A DNA stretch of 64,000 nucleotides from Perna viridis (GCA_037379345.1 CM074517.1:5580001-5644000); one strand, 5' to 3'; counted from the first letter of the stretch, positions 11,452-24,574 are shown. The notes: generated by a model from the sequence alone, not told the origin. A program made the numbers and translations.

Positions 11452-13565
11452 GAAAAACAAAGAAAATAAAATAACTAAAATAACACATACAAAGAACCAA
11501 AAGTAAATGAGCAACTCGGACGCCACTATAACCTGGGGGCAGGGACCATGTTCACCGGTAGGATAAGCGTCCTCTGTTTTGCAAGAAACATCCATCGAGT
11601 AGCTCATAAAAAGACAAGTCCGGGCTAAACGAAAGGAAAAAGGAAAACAATTACACATTGAACAAACCAATTTTCATGGTGCAGATGGATACACCACAAT
11701 GATCCACGAGTTCATGATGACGACTAATGAACATTTGTACTGATGACTTCAATCTTGTAGCAACATAACTCTGTTGCAGACCCCTAATTGTAAGAAGTCT
11801 AGCGTGGTACAAAAAGTCTGTGTGCTTGCGGCAAGCCTTGTCATAACGTATACTTTGTGATATAAAAATTCCATACGCAAGTGCTGAAGGGACAAATGGA
11901 GATGAAAGAAAAGTTGACAGTACGGAATAAAAAAATCATCACGTGTGTCGTATAGTTTGGCCAATAAATTTTCTTTACGATCAATCTCTAAGTGTAGGTC
12001 AAGATATGAGGCTGACTTTACAGTGTCTGCAGTATCCTTTATCTCAAGTTCTTTGGGGGTAGATGCGATGTATCAAATCCCAGAAATTAGGATTGTTTAA
12101 AGATAATACGTCATCTATATAGCGAAAACTGAGATTGAAGGACCTAGCTAAACGATGTTCTTTCTTTCGGATTAGATCAGCTATAAAATCAGCCTCATAA
12201 GAGTGAAAGAATAGGTCAGCAAGTAGAGGAGCTCAATTTGTTCCCATTGGAATGCAGACCGTATGTTGAAAAACGCGTCCACCACACTGGACAAATATGT
12301 TGTCGATTAAAACTCCAGCATTTTGTAAACATCTTCTGTATATTTGGAAGATGATTTGGAATTATTTCTCACAAAGTATGAGGAATCTCTACCAAGAACT
12401 ATATATTTGTATCTAGGCGTACCATCGTTTTGGAAAAACAACGATGTATAATGTTTTTTAACTCGGGATTTTAACTGAGCATGGGGAATAGAAGTATACA
12501 GTGTTGAAAAAGCATAGGTTTTGATGCTACTATATTCTGATAATAGTCTTGAACTGATTGTCTCCAAAAGATCTATTGAATTTCTTTAGGATCCACATTG
12601 AATTAATACCACTACGGGAGTAACAAGTGTTATGGTAGGACTGCAGACCCTCTTTGACAGTCGTGAGTATAGAAGTTAAGAAGTTTTGAAAGAGGTTTTG
12701 TGGTACATTTTGCAGATCCAGCTATGTAACGTTGTATGTATGAATTCTTGTGGAGTTTAGGAACCCAGTACATAGACGGTAAATCACAATCATCGTCTTT
12801 GGTAGAGAGACCAATAGAGGTTAGCACCATTTCTTCTTTGGAGAGTGTGGTAGCAGTATTGGTTTTATCACTGCTATTACTTTCTACGTCTACCTCTGAT
12901 AATAGATATTGTATGCAAAACGTTGTGCGAACGAAAGAATGTTTTTTGGGCTTTGTCTGCTGGTACGACAGCATATTATCATGTATAGTAGACTATGTTT
13001 TTGCTACATTGGGGTCTTTGAAAACTGATGTAGCATTGGCACTCATTGACGTACTTAAAACTTTCATTCGTTTCAGAATTAAAGACCTCACGGCCTTTAA
13101 CCACTCTGACAGAGAATCAATGTCTTCTTGTTCTCGTTTTATCCATTTTCTTCGGTATTCCTCCACGGCATCCATAAGAACTTTAAAGTTATAATTCCAA
13201 TTTATGGAGCGTGGTTCACGGTACTTGGGACCTTTAGAAAGGATATTATGCAGAGATTCGTTTTTGATGATGGACAAATCTCCCGTAACGACGTGACAGG
13301 AAGGACCATATTTGAATTGAGAGTTTTTGCAAGAACAGTCATGTGGTTTAGCCTTGAAGTCCTCAATTTCGAGGTTCTGCAATGGCCTTTTTTAATTGAA
13401 AATGTTGGATGCAATGGGTGAAGTATAGGAATATGAAATAATTGGTATGGATTTGTCTTTGAAATATGGGCGAATGTTGTTGGTAACGTTTTTGTGATGG
13501 AGGGTGTTTTTATTAATTAATCGTATCTATACCTTTGTTGACAAACGGTAGTGGAAGAAGGTCTT
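11452..13565 (-). mobile_element. Inverted Naiad-type PLE copy: CxC linker, RT and terminal repeat
   Basis: KPHDCSCKNS..CHVVTGDL (CxC linker), LSKGPKYREPRSINW, LPSMYWVPKLHKN..QRYIAGSAKCTTKPLS, KTYAFSTLYTSIPH. Terminal repeat at about 11452-11660. Reverse complement of 8935-10240 and 10950-11450. Confidence 0.9.
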
Positions 13566-13597
13566 TTGTATATTTCGCGCGTAATAAAACATGGTTA

Positions 13598-14261
13598 GGT
13601 TCTACTATATGGATAGGTAACTGCAGCTAACTTTATGACAATTTGTTGAAATAAAGCTATATTGAGACACTTAAACAAGCAAATCCAACATTTTTTTCAT
13701 GTAAAAACTATATTTTTCAAAACCTTACATTATGGAGATTCATATAAAAAATGATATATATTCTTTTCTATTCTGTTTTGAAGATTTGTAGCCATGGTGA
13801 CATAATAAAAATACATATCACTTTTCATAACAAATTTTGGGTGCTTTCCCAAAATTAATTGTAAAAAATTAGAATTAAAATTAAAATATTAGGCACTTCA
13901 AAACTAGTAGAAAAAGTAAGTAAAAAAGACGAATATAAAGTGTACCTTTTTCCGTTCATTTGTTCATGATTTTAATTCTTAAAGTTCGTGCGAAATTTTG
14001 CATTTTTGAAAAAAACAGCTTGTTGTTTCAGGGAAGAGAATCCAATCTGGTCAGGACCTGAATCTTTCCGGACAGCTTAAAGCATGCATTTTACACCTCT
14101 ATATTTTCCCAAGTGTTGCATCTATTTATGTACGATTTCTCTACTACCCACATTCAATATTTCCACCAAGATGCACCTTTTATTTTTAAGTTTTACAAAA
14201 TTAGATCGGGTCAGTTTTGTGTACGAAACAGTGCACCTAAATCCCATTGTATAGTACAACC
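13598..14261. mobile_element. Non-autonomous TIR DNA transposon, Kolobok-like
   Basis: Left end ggttctactata and right end tatagtacaacc are imperfect TIRs starting with GG. TTAA lies immediately to the right (14262-65) and (g)tta to the left. Confidence 0.55.
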
Positions 14262-15306
14262 TTAAGCCCCAGCAATCAGAACCATTGTTCCTAAATTTCC
14301 GGTTTTTTACCTTGGTACTTTCATTTCTGATATGACTTTTCTTTTATATTATTCCGTTTGACCATTGCCTAGAATATATCAGTATGGTAATTTTGTTAGA
14401 ATGAAATAATTCAATTGTTACTTGTTCACTGTTTCAGATGTAGAGGTGAGAGTAAATAAATGGATTTTTAAAAACTATTCAATTAAAATATTCATTTTCT
14501 TTCATTAGTTACAAAACCCTCTCCTGTTACTAAAATCTGCGTTCTTGAAAAACAATATTATTATGTAACGAAAACCACACTTTTAACAGCGAAACAAAAT
14601 TCAAGAAACAATCAACTTTTGATGATCATATCAAAATAGATCAAAACATTCTACTGGGAGCAATGAGTAAATTTCCCGGTTACATTTCCTTTTGCTAACA
14701 AACGTGAAGATAATGAATTATAATGATGCACGCCTTTTGATATGAAACATACGTTTACTTATTTCAGGCTTTTTACCCATCCAAGATTTATTTCTATCAT
14801 CCATTTTGGTAATATTATTGTTATAGATGTACCTTATAGTTATTTTATTGGCAATATTGTAGCGTAAGAATGTCATCTGATCATCCACGTAGATGAATAC
14901 CTTCTCCGTCAGTAAATATTACAAGGACATTTTTCCGCCTGTTTCTTTTGACCAAAATACGCATGTATTTGTGATTGTACAGAGTTTATTTCGTACATTT
15001 TGTAAGCAATAGAAGCCCTTCTTGTTTGTTTGTAAGATGACTGCATTCATAGTGTGCAACAATACTTTACCATACGAAAATGCAAATATATATAATCTTG
15101 AGTTTAATGAGTCCTTAAAGTATGAAACAGCTGAAACATGACCAATTTCAAAAGTTTCTTTGTTAGTACCCTAACTAGTATCGAAGCTATTTGGTCCGAT
15201 TGAATCTTGCTCCCAATTTGAAATGTTAGGTTGTGAATATAAAATAGGATATGTAACGAGCAACGAACAATTAAACAGAGGGCATGATATCGTGGTAGAT
15301 GAAGAA

Positions 15307-15469
15307 ACCGGTGCACCTGGTCCATGCTCCCAGTTTTTAGTGGAGTCCGAGTTGCTCATTTACTTTTGTTACTTTATATGTATGATTTTAGTTACTGTAT
15401 TTTCTTTGTTGTATATGTCTGTATTACATTCTTTTGATTACCGCTATAACCTTGGTTCCCTTGATTACT
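15307..15469 (+). mobile_element. Naiad-type terminal repeat, 5'-truncated
   Basis: accggtgcacctggtccatgctcccagtttttagtggagtccgagttgctcat...ccttggttcccttgattact, near-identical to 10126-10314 apart from an internal deletion. Confidence 0.9.
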
Positions 15470-15489
15470 TTTTTCTATATGCTAAGTAT

Positions 15490-15750
15490 ATTTGATGGTG
15501 ATAGAACTCTTCGTCCAAGATGTTAATGCTCAGTTTGGAGGGCAAACGTTCCAGCAGACCACTGAAATACCAATGGTATCACACTTTTAATCGGTATCTT
15601 TCTGTATACGTAGGAAGCTTTGTTTTTAAAAGGGTTTCTATAGAAACACATAAATGATAAATCCAGTCCTTCAATTTCAGTTCCTGTAATATTTATGACG
15701 CATTATCTCTGGATAATTAGACCTTCGAGAATCATCAACAATAATCTTCC
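15490..15750 (+). mobile_element. Highly decayed Naiad-like RT fragment
   Basis: Translates to QFGGQTFQQTTEIPM and NFS..NIYDALSLDN, colinear with the RT at 9420-9640. Confidence 0.6.
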
Positions 15751-17982
15751 CAAAATGTGAAAAAAATAACCGAATTGTGAATATGAAATAAATATCACAC
15801 GTGTTCACAGCTGTGTGATCAAAATATTAATATCGACTGAAATTAAATCCTCATTCATATGTGTACTTCTCTTCAGTTTCACACTTCTGAGCTTAAGTAT
15901 GCCGTTATAGATATATTTATGCCATATGTGTGCATTAGTTTTACGCCCTAGGAGAGTGTATGATGGCTGGTAAGTATATTTTAATTCCATTCAGTGACAA
16001 AATTGTATATCTAATGGCAAATTATATGACAATAATAACTATTATATTGTTATTACATGTGTTTTATTTGACACTATTTTACATGAAATAATAAACATAA
16101 TCATTTATTTTAAAGGAACGTCTAAACCAAACTTATTTTCATGGGAAATTTTCATTCGTTCACTTGTCTAATTTCTGTATTCTAATTAATAAAACTGACA
16201 TTTGTTTTCATTCATAATTGATTTTTTGAATATTTTCCCGACTTGTTCTTCAACTGTTAAGGTCTTTTTTAAATACATAAATTTATTAGCAACCCCTGCA
16301 ATACGTCGAAATCCCTGATCTTATGCAATAAATTAGAAAGTATCATTGATTGGCCGTTATCTGGGACACACGGACACTTAATTTCGCGCATCACTGAGTT
16401 TGAAAGGGTAAGTGAGAGCACGTGGCTGATACTTTTAAAATTGTGGATATATTATTTCAAAATATTACGTAAATTTTATAATGATGATGACATACACCAA
16501 GATTTCTAAAAATGCACAATGGTTAAAACAGCATTCCTATTAGAATAAACTATTGAAAGTAACATATACATTTAGGGAGTATTGATAACATCGGACCGGG
16601 CAAGCTACAATTAAAATTTCTTTATATATGCGTAAAATCTCTACAAATTACATGAAGAATTTCATCGCTTATTTTGTTCTTGACGATATCTGAGAAAAAT
16701 AATTTCATTTATCATTCTACTCTGAATTATTAACATGGTTACAACCTTCTTTTGATACTTAGTAATATTCTTGTGTTTCCAAATTACCCACTTGACTGTT
16801 ACCAGAATTGAGCGAATCGGTAGCATGCTCTTATTAACGGTTTGAGTACCCAGAACTATTAGTATGACCCTTTTCTTATCTGGCCGAACCTGATTATTCT
16901 ATCTAATATGTTTATCATCCCAAATATTCCCTCCCGATTTTTTAAACTAATTTACAATTTGCAATGCATAAGTAAATGGAGCAGCCTTTCGTTTTCTTTA
17001 CAAACTTGACACTCCTCCATTGAATTTTTAATTTCTGAAGCATTTCTTCAGTGTATATAATATTTTCCATTTTTGTTAGCAAAATTGTCATGTAAACTTG
17101 CCCATATTTCCCCACTCAATATTTGTTTGAAAGTGGATCTCTCATTTAAGTTCATACAGCGATGAGAGGGAAGTCATAGGTTAACTTTATCATTATTTCA
17201 GCTTGATGGTTTTCAGTCATCTGTTCCTCTCGTACGAACAGCGTTTTATTTATCTCAATAGGTAGCCTCTCTTCTGAATCTTAGTTAATGTTAATATTAT
17301 GTCTTCAGTATATTAAAATATCGGCTGTAAAAGCTGCTTTCATTTGGCTGAATTGTGCTATTCCATTCTGTGAATTTTTTTGTTGATTATTTTGTGTATT
17401 CCATACATCTTTGACCCTTTTTCTTCCGCTTTAAGAAAAAATGTCAAAAAGCAAGGCTTTCCCTCTGAACTTGAATCTTGAGTTATCCATAATACTCTCT
17501 TCAAGAAGATCTAGAAGGCCCTGTTAGCATTGTGTCGTTTCTGGAGTTCCTGAGGTTGACAATACCCATCACTTCTTTTTCTTTGGGAAAGGAATATGCA
17601 GCCCTTGCGATCTTGTTAGGTTTCCCATCCCATATAAAATCCCACATGATAGTATTTATTTCTTTTTATATACGTTTTATTTCACTTTCATATCCGAAAA
17701 CTGAAAGATTATATTTGATGATAAGCATTTTGCCAGAAAAAGTTAAATCTATTGATTTTCACACCTCAATACAACTCTTTATCTTATTTACTTTTTTGCA
17801 GACCCTGTCTAAATTTACACCATACCAAAGGTAAAACCTAAGAGCTATTGTTGGTTGTTTAGACCATTTTATGTGATTATATCTTGTTTTTATTCCTACA
17901 TCTGCCTAAGTACATACCAATGGTTTTGTCCAAATTCATGCGCGCACCGAAAGCTTTTTAATTGATCTTAAAGATATCTTGA

Positions 17983-18205
17983 AAGAGTAATAAAGTGAAC
18001 CAATATTCTTGTGGAAATCAAAACGAATTTAATTCAGGGACAAAGACCAAACACGGAAAACAGATACACACAACAAAGAATATAAAATAACTAAAATAAT
18101 ACCTAAATGTACACAGTAACAAAAGTAAATGAGGAACTCTGACTCCACTAAAAACTGGGAGTATGAACCTGGTTCACTGGTAGGGTAAGCGTCCCCGATT
18201 TTCTA
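17983..18205 (-). mobile_element. Naiad-type terminal repeat inserted in the L1 RT
   Basis: Reverse complement of about 10097-10317. It interrupts L1 ORF2 just after FADDTQLINK. Confidence 0.85.
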
Positions 18206-19924
18206 TTCTCTGAAGTCTTTCCGGTTTATTAATGAGTTGAGTATCGTCCGCGAACATGTTTAATTTGGCTTCAATGCCATACCCCGCCCTCGACCGAAGG
18301 TGTATTCCCTGAACATTAGGATTCCCCTTAATTACTGCCGCAAATGGTCCAGCTTGTAAGATGTATAACATCTGTCTGATAGGGCACTCTGATGTATAGA
18401 ACGGGATATCCCTATTTATTTCGAAACAGGCCATTAATCTGAATGCACGTCTTCTCATTTTCGAATAGCATAGAAACCCATCACCTAAATTTTTGCCCAA
18501 TTTTGTTTTGCATACATAATTCTATCCACTCCCATTCAACTCTATTGAAAGTTTTTTTGTTGATGTAGAAATATAATCTCTTAATCACCCATCTCTGCAT
18601 AATCTATAATATCTTGAAGCAGTATATTACCATGAGAGATATTATACACCTTACCGAACTCCTCTTGATAAGTATCTATGATCCTAGGTAATACATGTTT
18701 AACCTTCTGCCATCCACTTCAAAATAATTAATAATTTTATAGTCTCTACTTTAAAGTGTAATTGGACGGCCAGTTTGTAATATCCTCAATTTCCCCTAGG
18801 TTTGAACATAAGTGTAATTACTCTTTTATATTGTATGTCACACAATGAATTTGTATCTAGAATCTCATTAACCACACTACAAAAATCTTCTCCTCTAAGA
18901 TACCAATAAAGTTTATAAAACTCTCTTACTGTCCCATCCTCTTCTCTGGTTTATTTAAAAAAAACAATAAATTAAAATGGCGTCTATACTCTCTCTGTAA
19001 TCCCCATTTGCTGTCTGTACATTGTTCAGAGTTTTTCGCATTCCCTCCTTTTTTTCTAAATTAAAACAAAATATTTAGTGGGTTTCTCCCCATTCTAATA
19101 CAATATACCGAGGATATTGTAATAGCTGCATCCGATTTTTTCTTCTATTTTTGAAGTATTTATCTTATCATTGTAGTCAGGTTTATTTTCGTCCTTTTTT
19201 AATCTCTGTTCCATTGTTTAACTACTTTTTTTTTTTAGATATGTTCAATTTTTTAGAGACTTCAATAGAAAGATGTCGTCGATTTTAGGCATATATATTC
19301 GATCTAGTTCTTCATTGAACGTATAGTTAAAATCGCCAAGTAAAGCGTTTTTCCCCAACATTTACTCGGATTTCGTCAATAACAAATATCTGTAGTGTAC
19401 ATATATGTTAGGAGCATCTATGTTAAAAATATATAGACATGGTTCATTAACCGTTTTAACTCGACATGAAACAATCCTTCCAAGAGTGTCACACATATTT
19501 GTTCGATGTCATGGTTAAATTTATCAGAAAAAATACCCAAACCGTTAGATTTACTAGTTTCATGACACCACAAACTGTCCATGTACTTTTTACCTCATTT
19601 GAACTACGCGTTTCTTGACTGCATATATTCTCGGTTATGTTCTGTTTACACTAATTGAAAATTGCATCGTGCTGTTTATACCATACCATTCAGATTTAAT
19701 GTTATAAAGGAGATCGTGATATAAGTACAATCATTACAATAAATAGGCACATGTTAACCATTCAGACAACAACAATATACCATAATTTAATAGGGGAACA
19801 TTTGTCGTATTTTTTTCTATGACAAACAGTCTATGACAGGCAGGTGCTCGCGTCTGTTACGCGTACAATAGCCAATCGCAACATGCAAAGTAAAAGTAGT
19901 CCAGTAACATTCAGCTATTCCTAA

Positions 19925-20348
19925 TACTTTGTGAAAAATAAATCCAAATAATCATCTAAATATACCGATGAAGTTTTCCTAATGCTAGAAATTTGATGGA
20001 CAACATATTTGTCCGGTGTAGTGGACGCGTTTTTCAACAAACTGTCAACATTCCAGTGGAACAAATTGTACTCCGCTACTTGCTTGCTGACATATTCCTT
20101 CACTCTTAAGATGCTGACTTTATGGCTGATCTGATCCCAAAAGAAAGAACATCGTTTTATCTAGATCCTTTAATCCAAGTTTCCGTTACATAGATGACGC
20201 ATTTTCTTTTAACAATCGTAGTTTCGGGGATTTGATACATCGCATTTTAGGTCAATAATAACGGAAAACTATTGACAAAAGAATACGACAAGCGTGAACA
20301 CTTTCCATTCAGTATTGTCAACTTTCTTCTCATCTGTGACAACATCCC
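19925..20348 (+). mobile_element. Naiad RT fragment nested in the L1 element
   Basis: Colinear with 9343-9830 (atactttgtgaaaaataaatccaaataatc...gacaacatatttgtcc.gtgt.gtggacg...tcatctgtgacaacatc) with deletions. Confidence 0.85.
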
Positions 20349-20532
20349 TGCGATTCTCATATGGTACTTTTGGCTTAAAAACATATGACAATCATATGTT
20401 TGTGAAAAACATATGATTATCATATGATAATCATGCGATAATTATATGTATACCGAAACATATGATTATCATATGGTGATCGATTTATATGATAATCATA
20501 TGATGCAAACCATTTGATTCTCATGTGTGGCA
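20345..20532. repeat. Palindromic CATATG/GATTATC array, possibly a subterminal-repeat fragment of an EnSpm/CACTA-like MITE
   Basis: Repeated catatgattatcatatgataatcat in both orientations, beginning near ccctg. Confidence 0.5.
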
Positions 20533-22229
20533 CATTTGTCTGTGTTACGGTATTTTCTCCGTGATTACTGATGACCGCTCGTAGTTTATCGGTGCCCAGT
20601 AATACGACAAATATTTTATCCAAATTACTCATTAACTTTATTGTAAAATATACAGAATTTGGCCGTAAAACGGAAGAAATACGTTTTTACATTCTCATCT
20701 ATAATTCTAACATTTGCAATTTGAGACACCTAAACTGTTCGGGATTGGGGATTGACTCATTTTCATTTTTCAGCACGGATTCAGTAGTTTTATTGAGTAT
20801 TTGTTTGTCTACATGGATGTCCGCTGTAGTTTTATCATTCATAGGACTGTCGGTCCGTCCTTCCCGAATACTTTGTGTCAGACTGTTAATCTATTGCATT
20901 TACGTCCTGGTGGAGTTCTATGTGCTGGCTGTTGGATGCATTTGTAGAAGGAATGGTCGTTTTGTTTTAGCAATAAAGACATTTGGTACTGTTATTGTCA
21001 GCGAATAGTCGCACATTTGGTAGTATTGGGAATAACAGGGACATGATTCATAAGTTGAACATAATATGTTCCAGTTTCTATGTTTGTTTCTTTTATTATA
21101 CCCCTTTTCATAGATCATTGGACTACTTTTTAATATCCATACTTCGATATATAACCACATAATTTCATATCGCTCTTTTCACAAGGAGTGTCTTTCATTG
21201 TCATGTTTGTAAGTTACTTTTGAACATCGACCATTTTTATGTATCTGGTTTTTAAGCTGATTCCTCTCGTAAGAAGGATATGCTTTTGTTTAAAGGTCAT
21301 TAACTGTGATTATACATTCTCTTTCAGTGATTTGTATAGATTAAAACGCCTTTTCGTCAACCAACTAAAATGTTTAGTTGTTTCTACAGAATGAGTTGTA
21401 CCTTAGATGAACTGACATGTGTCTCTAGATTTGGGCGTTGGGTGCATTTTCGACTGCCATTGTGAATGTAAACAATATTCAACAACTCATTCACCGGGTT
21501 ACAGAATCCTTAGATAAAGGTCCAATATTGCCCAAAACGCAGCGTTTACCCTAGAAAGATAGCAAAAGGTGTTTTAGATTGCTTATCGATTCACAATTAC
21601 GCTTCTGGGACGAGTAAAACAAGAAATTACACATTTTTACCCGGAGCTTCACAAACCTGATTTGATCAAGGGCGTATTACTCACCCTCCAAATATGTATA
21701 AGATTCATTTTGTTTAGTTCTTTTATGTTATGAACAGACAACCACTGTACAAGTTAAGGAGTAGAAGGTCTTTTTTGAATAATACGGTTTTAAGTATTTC
21801 TTCCTGACATTGTTAGATTTTTTACAATTTAAATGAAATATTACTCATCTCCAATAACATTTTTGTCACGCATATTACAGATGCACATATTTCTATCTAT
21901 TTTATAAAATCTTCCAATCTTAATATACAAATTGTGCGAGAAAACACGATATTTTCAAAACATTGTTTACAGTACGATCTAAATAATATTGTAAACAATG
22001 TGGGTCATACACAAATTTATACAATTTATATTTCGATGACTCACCATAATATGCCACCACATCACATAAATCTAGCTTTTTACTCTTTTTTGAATTCACT
22101 TATGACAAAATCAACATAAGTAGCACCTTGGCTTACCGAACCAAACACCTTGAAAACTATACAAATATAAAACATATCTTACTTGACATACCCAATTATG
22201 TTTATCATAAGGCTTTAAACAGCATCTAT

Positions 22230-22429
22230 CAGGCCTGCACTGAATTTTGCCAATTTTTTTTTAGATAAAATACATCCAGGAGAGGCATAAATGATGCTAT
22301 AAAACGCCATCTCCGTGGAGCTTCGGGGGGGAGGCTTCGCCCCCCTGGACCTGCTGGGGGCCTTAAGCGGCCCCAGACCCCCTGCCGTAATTTTGCCTAC
22401 ACTTCAATTTGGCCTCATCTACGCGCCTG
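22230..22429. mobile_element. 200-bp GC-rich MITE with 5-bp target-site duplication
   Basis: TCTAT|CAGGC...GCCTG|TCTAT, with TSDs at 22225-29 and 22430-34. Internal hairpins gggggg..cttcg..ccccc and ggggcc..ggcccc. Confidence 0.8.
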
Positions 22430-23409
22430 TCTATCATACATATCATAATAACAAGTCTTCACAATGCAATTGTCTGTATTCATCGGCTTAAACCAATAGT
22501 TAATTATTTATTAATATTTCTTTATAAACATTGGAAAGCTTCCAGGCTCTCAGTAAACTATATAATTAACTGTTGATGTCCTGACTTTCAAGATTCGTTT
22601 CATAAAGTTAAAATGTACCTTTACAATATCATCTGACTTTTGATGTCCCCACACTTCATGTGCACAGTATGTAATAATGACAATAAAGTTTCATGATTAA
22701 ACCAATCATCATGAATTTTGTTATTCAAACTAATCAAAGCTTTTCTATCCCGATTGGCTAATATCTTTTTAGCATGGGCTAAATAACCGTTACAATATAC
22801 AAATGTAAACAATTTTATCGTACGTTTCATTAGGATTATCATTTATAAACCACTTTTCGTCAGTCTTCACTACTCCTCTATTTCTAAAAGCAACATATTT
22901 TTTTGGCAAATGTATGTTCAAACCATATTCCACAATCAATCCTATTTTGTAACTCAGTAATACTCTCACTAAACAAAAGAGAGTCGTCGGCATACATAAT
23001 AAGAAACAGATCTAACATTTTAGTTCATATGGTTGACATCCTTGTCTTATCAGTTTAACTTCCATATCATTAACATATAATAAATGTGTGATAAAGTTTC
23101 CCCTTGCATGAGGCGAATACTGCAATTGAACTATACTTACACCTGCAAAATACTTGCGTTAGTTTTTTCTTGCAAATTTTTATATTTTTTATCTTGAAAA
23201 TTTTGTAATTTAACCTTATTCATTTGTGTGTCAAAAAATCTTTTTAATAATTAAAAAAAAATTGTACATCACTTCAAACACTATTTGCTCATTGAAAATA
23301 ATTATTTCTGTAGAAAATAACCCCCTAAAATGAATTTCAATAAAAGCTTATAAAATGATACATGAAACGTCATTTTATTTATTAACACATTGTTGATTCT
23401 TATTACCAG

Positions 23410-24488
23410 GACCTGGACTAGATGATTCACTAACTGTTGAATTGAGTAAGATGCTATTTGATTTGATGGCAAAAAAGAAGAACGAACGTGCATTGCTTGT
23501 CAACCCTCGTAATGTGTTCTCTCCAGAGTATTTGTCATTTATCATATATGGTCAAACCGTTTTAAGCGTGGTTTCCATTATTATATTAGTGTTTTTGCAT
23601 TACTTGCTCTGGGAGCCAAATTTTTTTAAAGTGTATGGCCTAATGTCATTGTATACATCAATGGACCTGATTAATCTTACCATAGAAAGCTGTCTTAATG
23701 CTGCAATATACTTCCGCGGGAAGGAATATATAGAATTTGATTGGTGTTACCCTTATTTAACCGTTCAAATTGCAGTTCCTTTGTGTTTGTGTTTCTGTAG
23801 CCAATGGTTAAAGGTTGCACATGCGGCGCAAAGGATGGTGATTGTTTACTTCCCTATGACATATACGCGTTATTTTGACAAAAGGAACATAGTCATTCTG
23901 ATGTGTTGTGTTATAATGCTAGCACTGACGATAGCTGGTGTACATATTTGGAAATTGTCTATACAAAAAGTCACTATTCCAGACAAGGAAGAACTGGAAT
24001 TTGTTGACGTTTGTATATTTGGACATAAAAGGATGAAAGATAGACGTCTTCGTGGGGATACCGATGTTCTTGCAACAACTGTTATTGCTCTTATACTAAG
24101 CGAAGTATTGCCACTGTTTATTATGTCAGTTTTGTGTGTAATGATGATCAAAAAGATCCGAAAACAGAATTTGTTTAGACGCCAATTCTTGAAATCTGGA
24201 GAAGCCCTTGACAATACAGACAAGTTGCTTGTTATATTAACTTTAACCACATTATTCACTGTTGTTTCCTCAGTTCCAAGAACTGTAGATTACATGATTT
24301 CAATCGCCACCGAATTGGGCGTTACTACAGCAGATAAGCGTAGTATCATTCAGATGATTGACAGAGTTTTACGTAACTTTTCTTCATTTGTTATATTCAT
24401 ACTGTATGGAAAACTATCAGGAAAAGTCCTGCAGACTTTAAGACAAATATTTAATTGGGGGAAAGCTAGCAGTTTTGGTACCAATTAA
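23410..24488 (+). CDS. Terminal coding exon of a divergent class A 7TM GPCR, sex-peptide/MIP-receptor-like (paralog B)
   Basis: Intact 348-aa ORF, colinear with paralog A (NPR, LHYLLW, MSLY, GKEYIEFDWCYPYL, QWLKVAHAAQRM, PMTY.RYF, KIRKQNLFRRQF, SSVPR). In-frame phase-1 acceptor ttcttattaccAG at 23408-09. An internal ATG at 23451 is an alternative start. Confidence 0.88.
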
Positions 24489-24574
24489 ATGCACTGTTTA
24501 CGTTAACGCACAACTTAAGCAATTGTGTTATTTTTATTATACACTTGTTAATATAGATTATTTAGTACAATGTT

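Larger units (their letters stand above)
16560..21690 (-). mobile_element. L1-clade (Tx1-like) LINE, near full length but decayed, with nested insertions
   Basis: Minus strand shows an ORF1 remnant (about 21461 to 20540, Cys/His knuckle-like), an APE start (ITLNLNG near 19700), RT (ECPIRQMLYILQAGP, NPNVQGI, KLNMFADDTQL), WDFIWDGKPNKIAR and a C-terminal C..HLLMHC motif near 16970. Confidence 0.8.

Noticed and set aside
10342-13382. Selenocysteine-encoding Naiad or SECIS element
   Set aside because: Some clam Naiads encode Sec, but the Cys positions readable here (CKIC, LSC, LCG, CSC) use TGT/TGC. One expected Cys is TGG, which is uninformative. The ATGA at 10078 is Watson-Crick paired rather than in a SECIS quartet.
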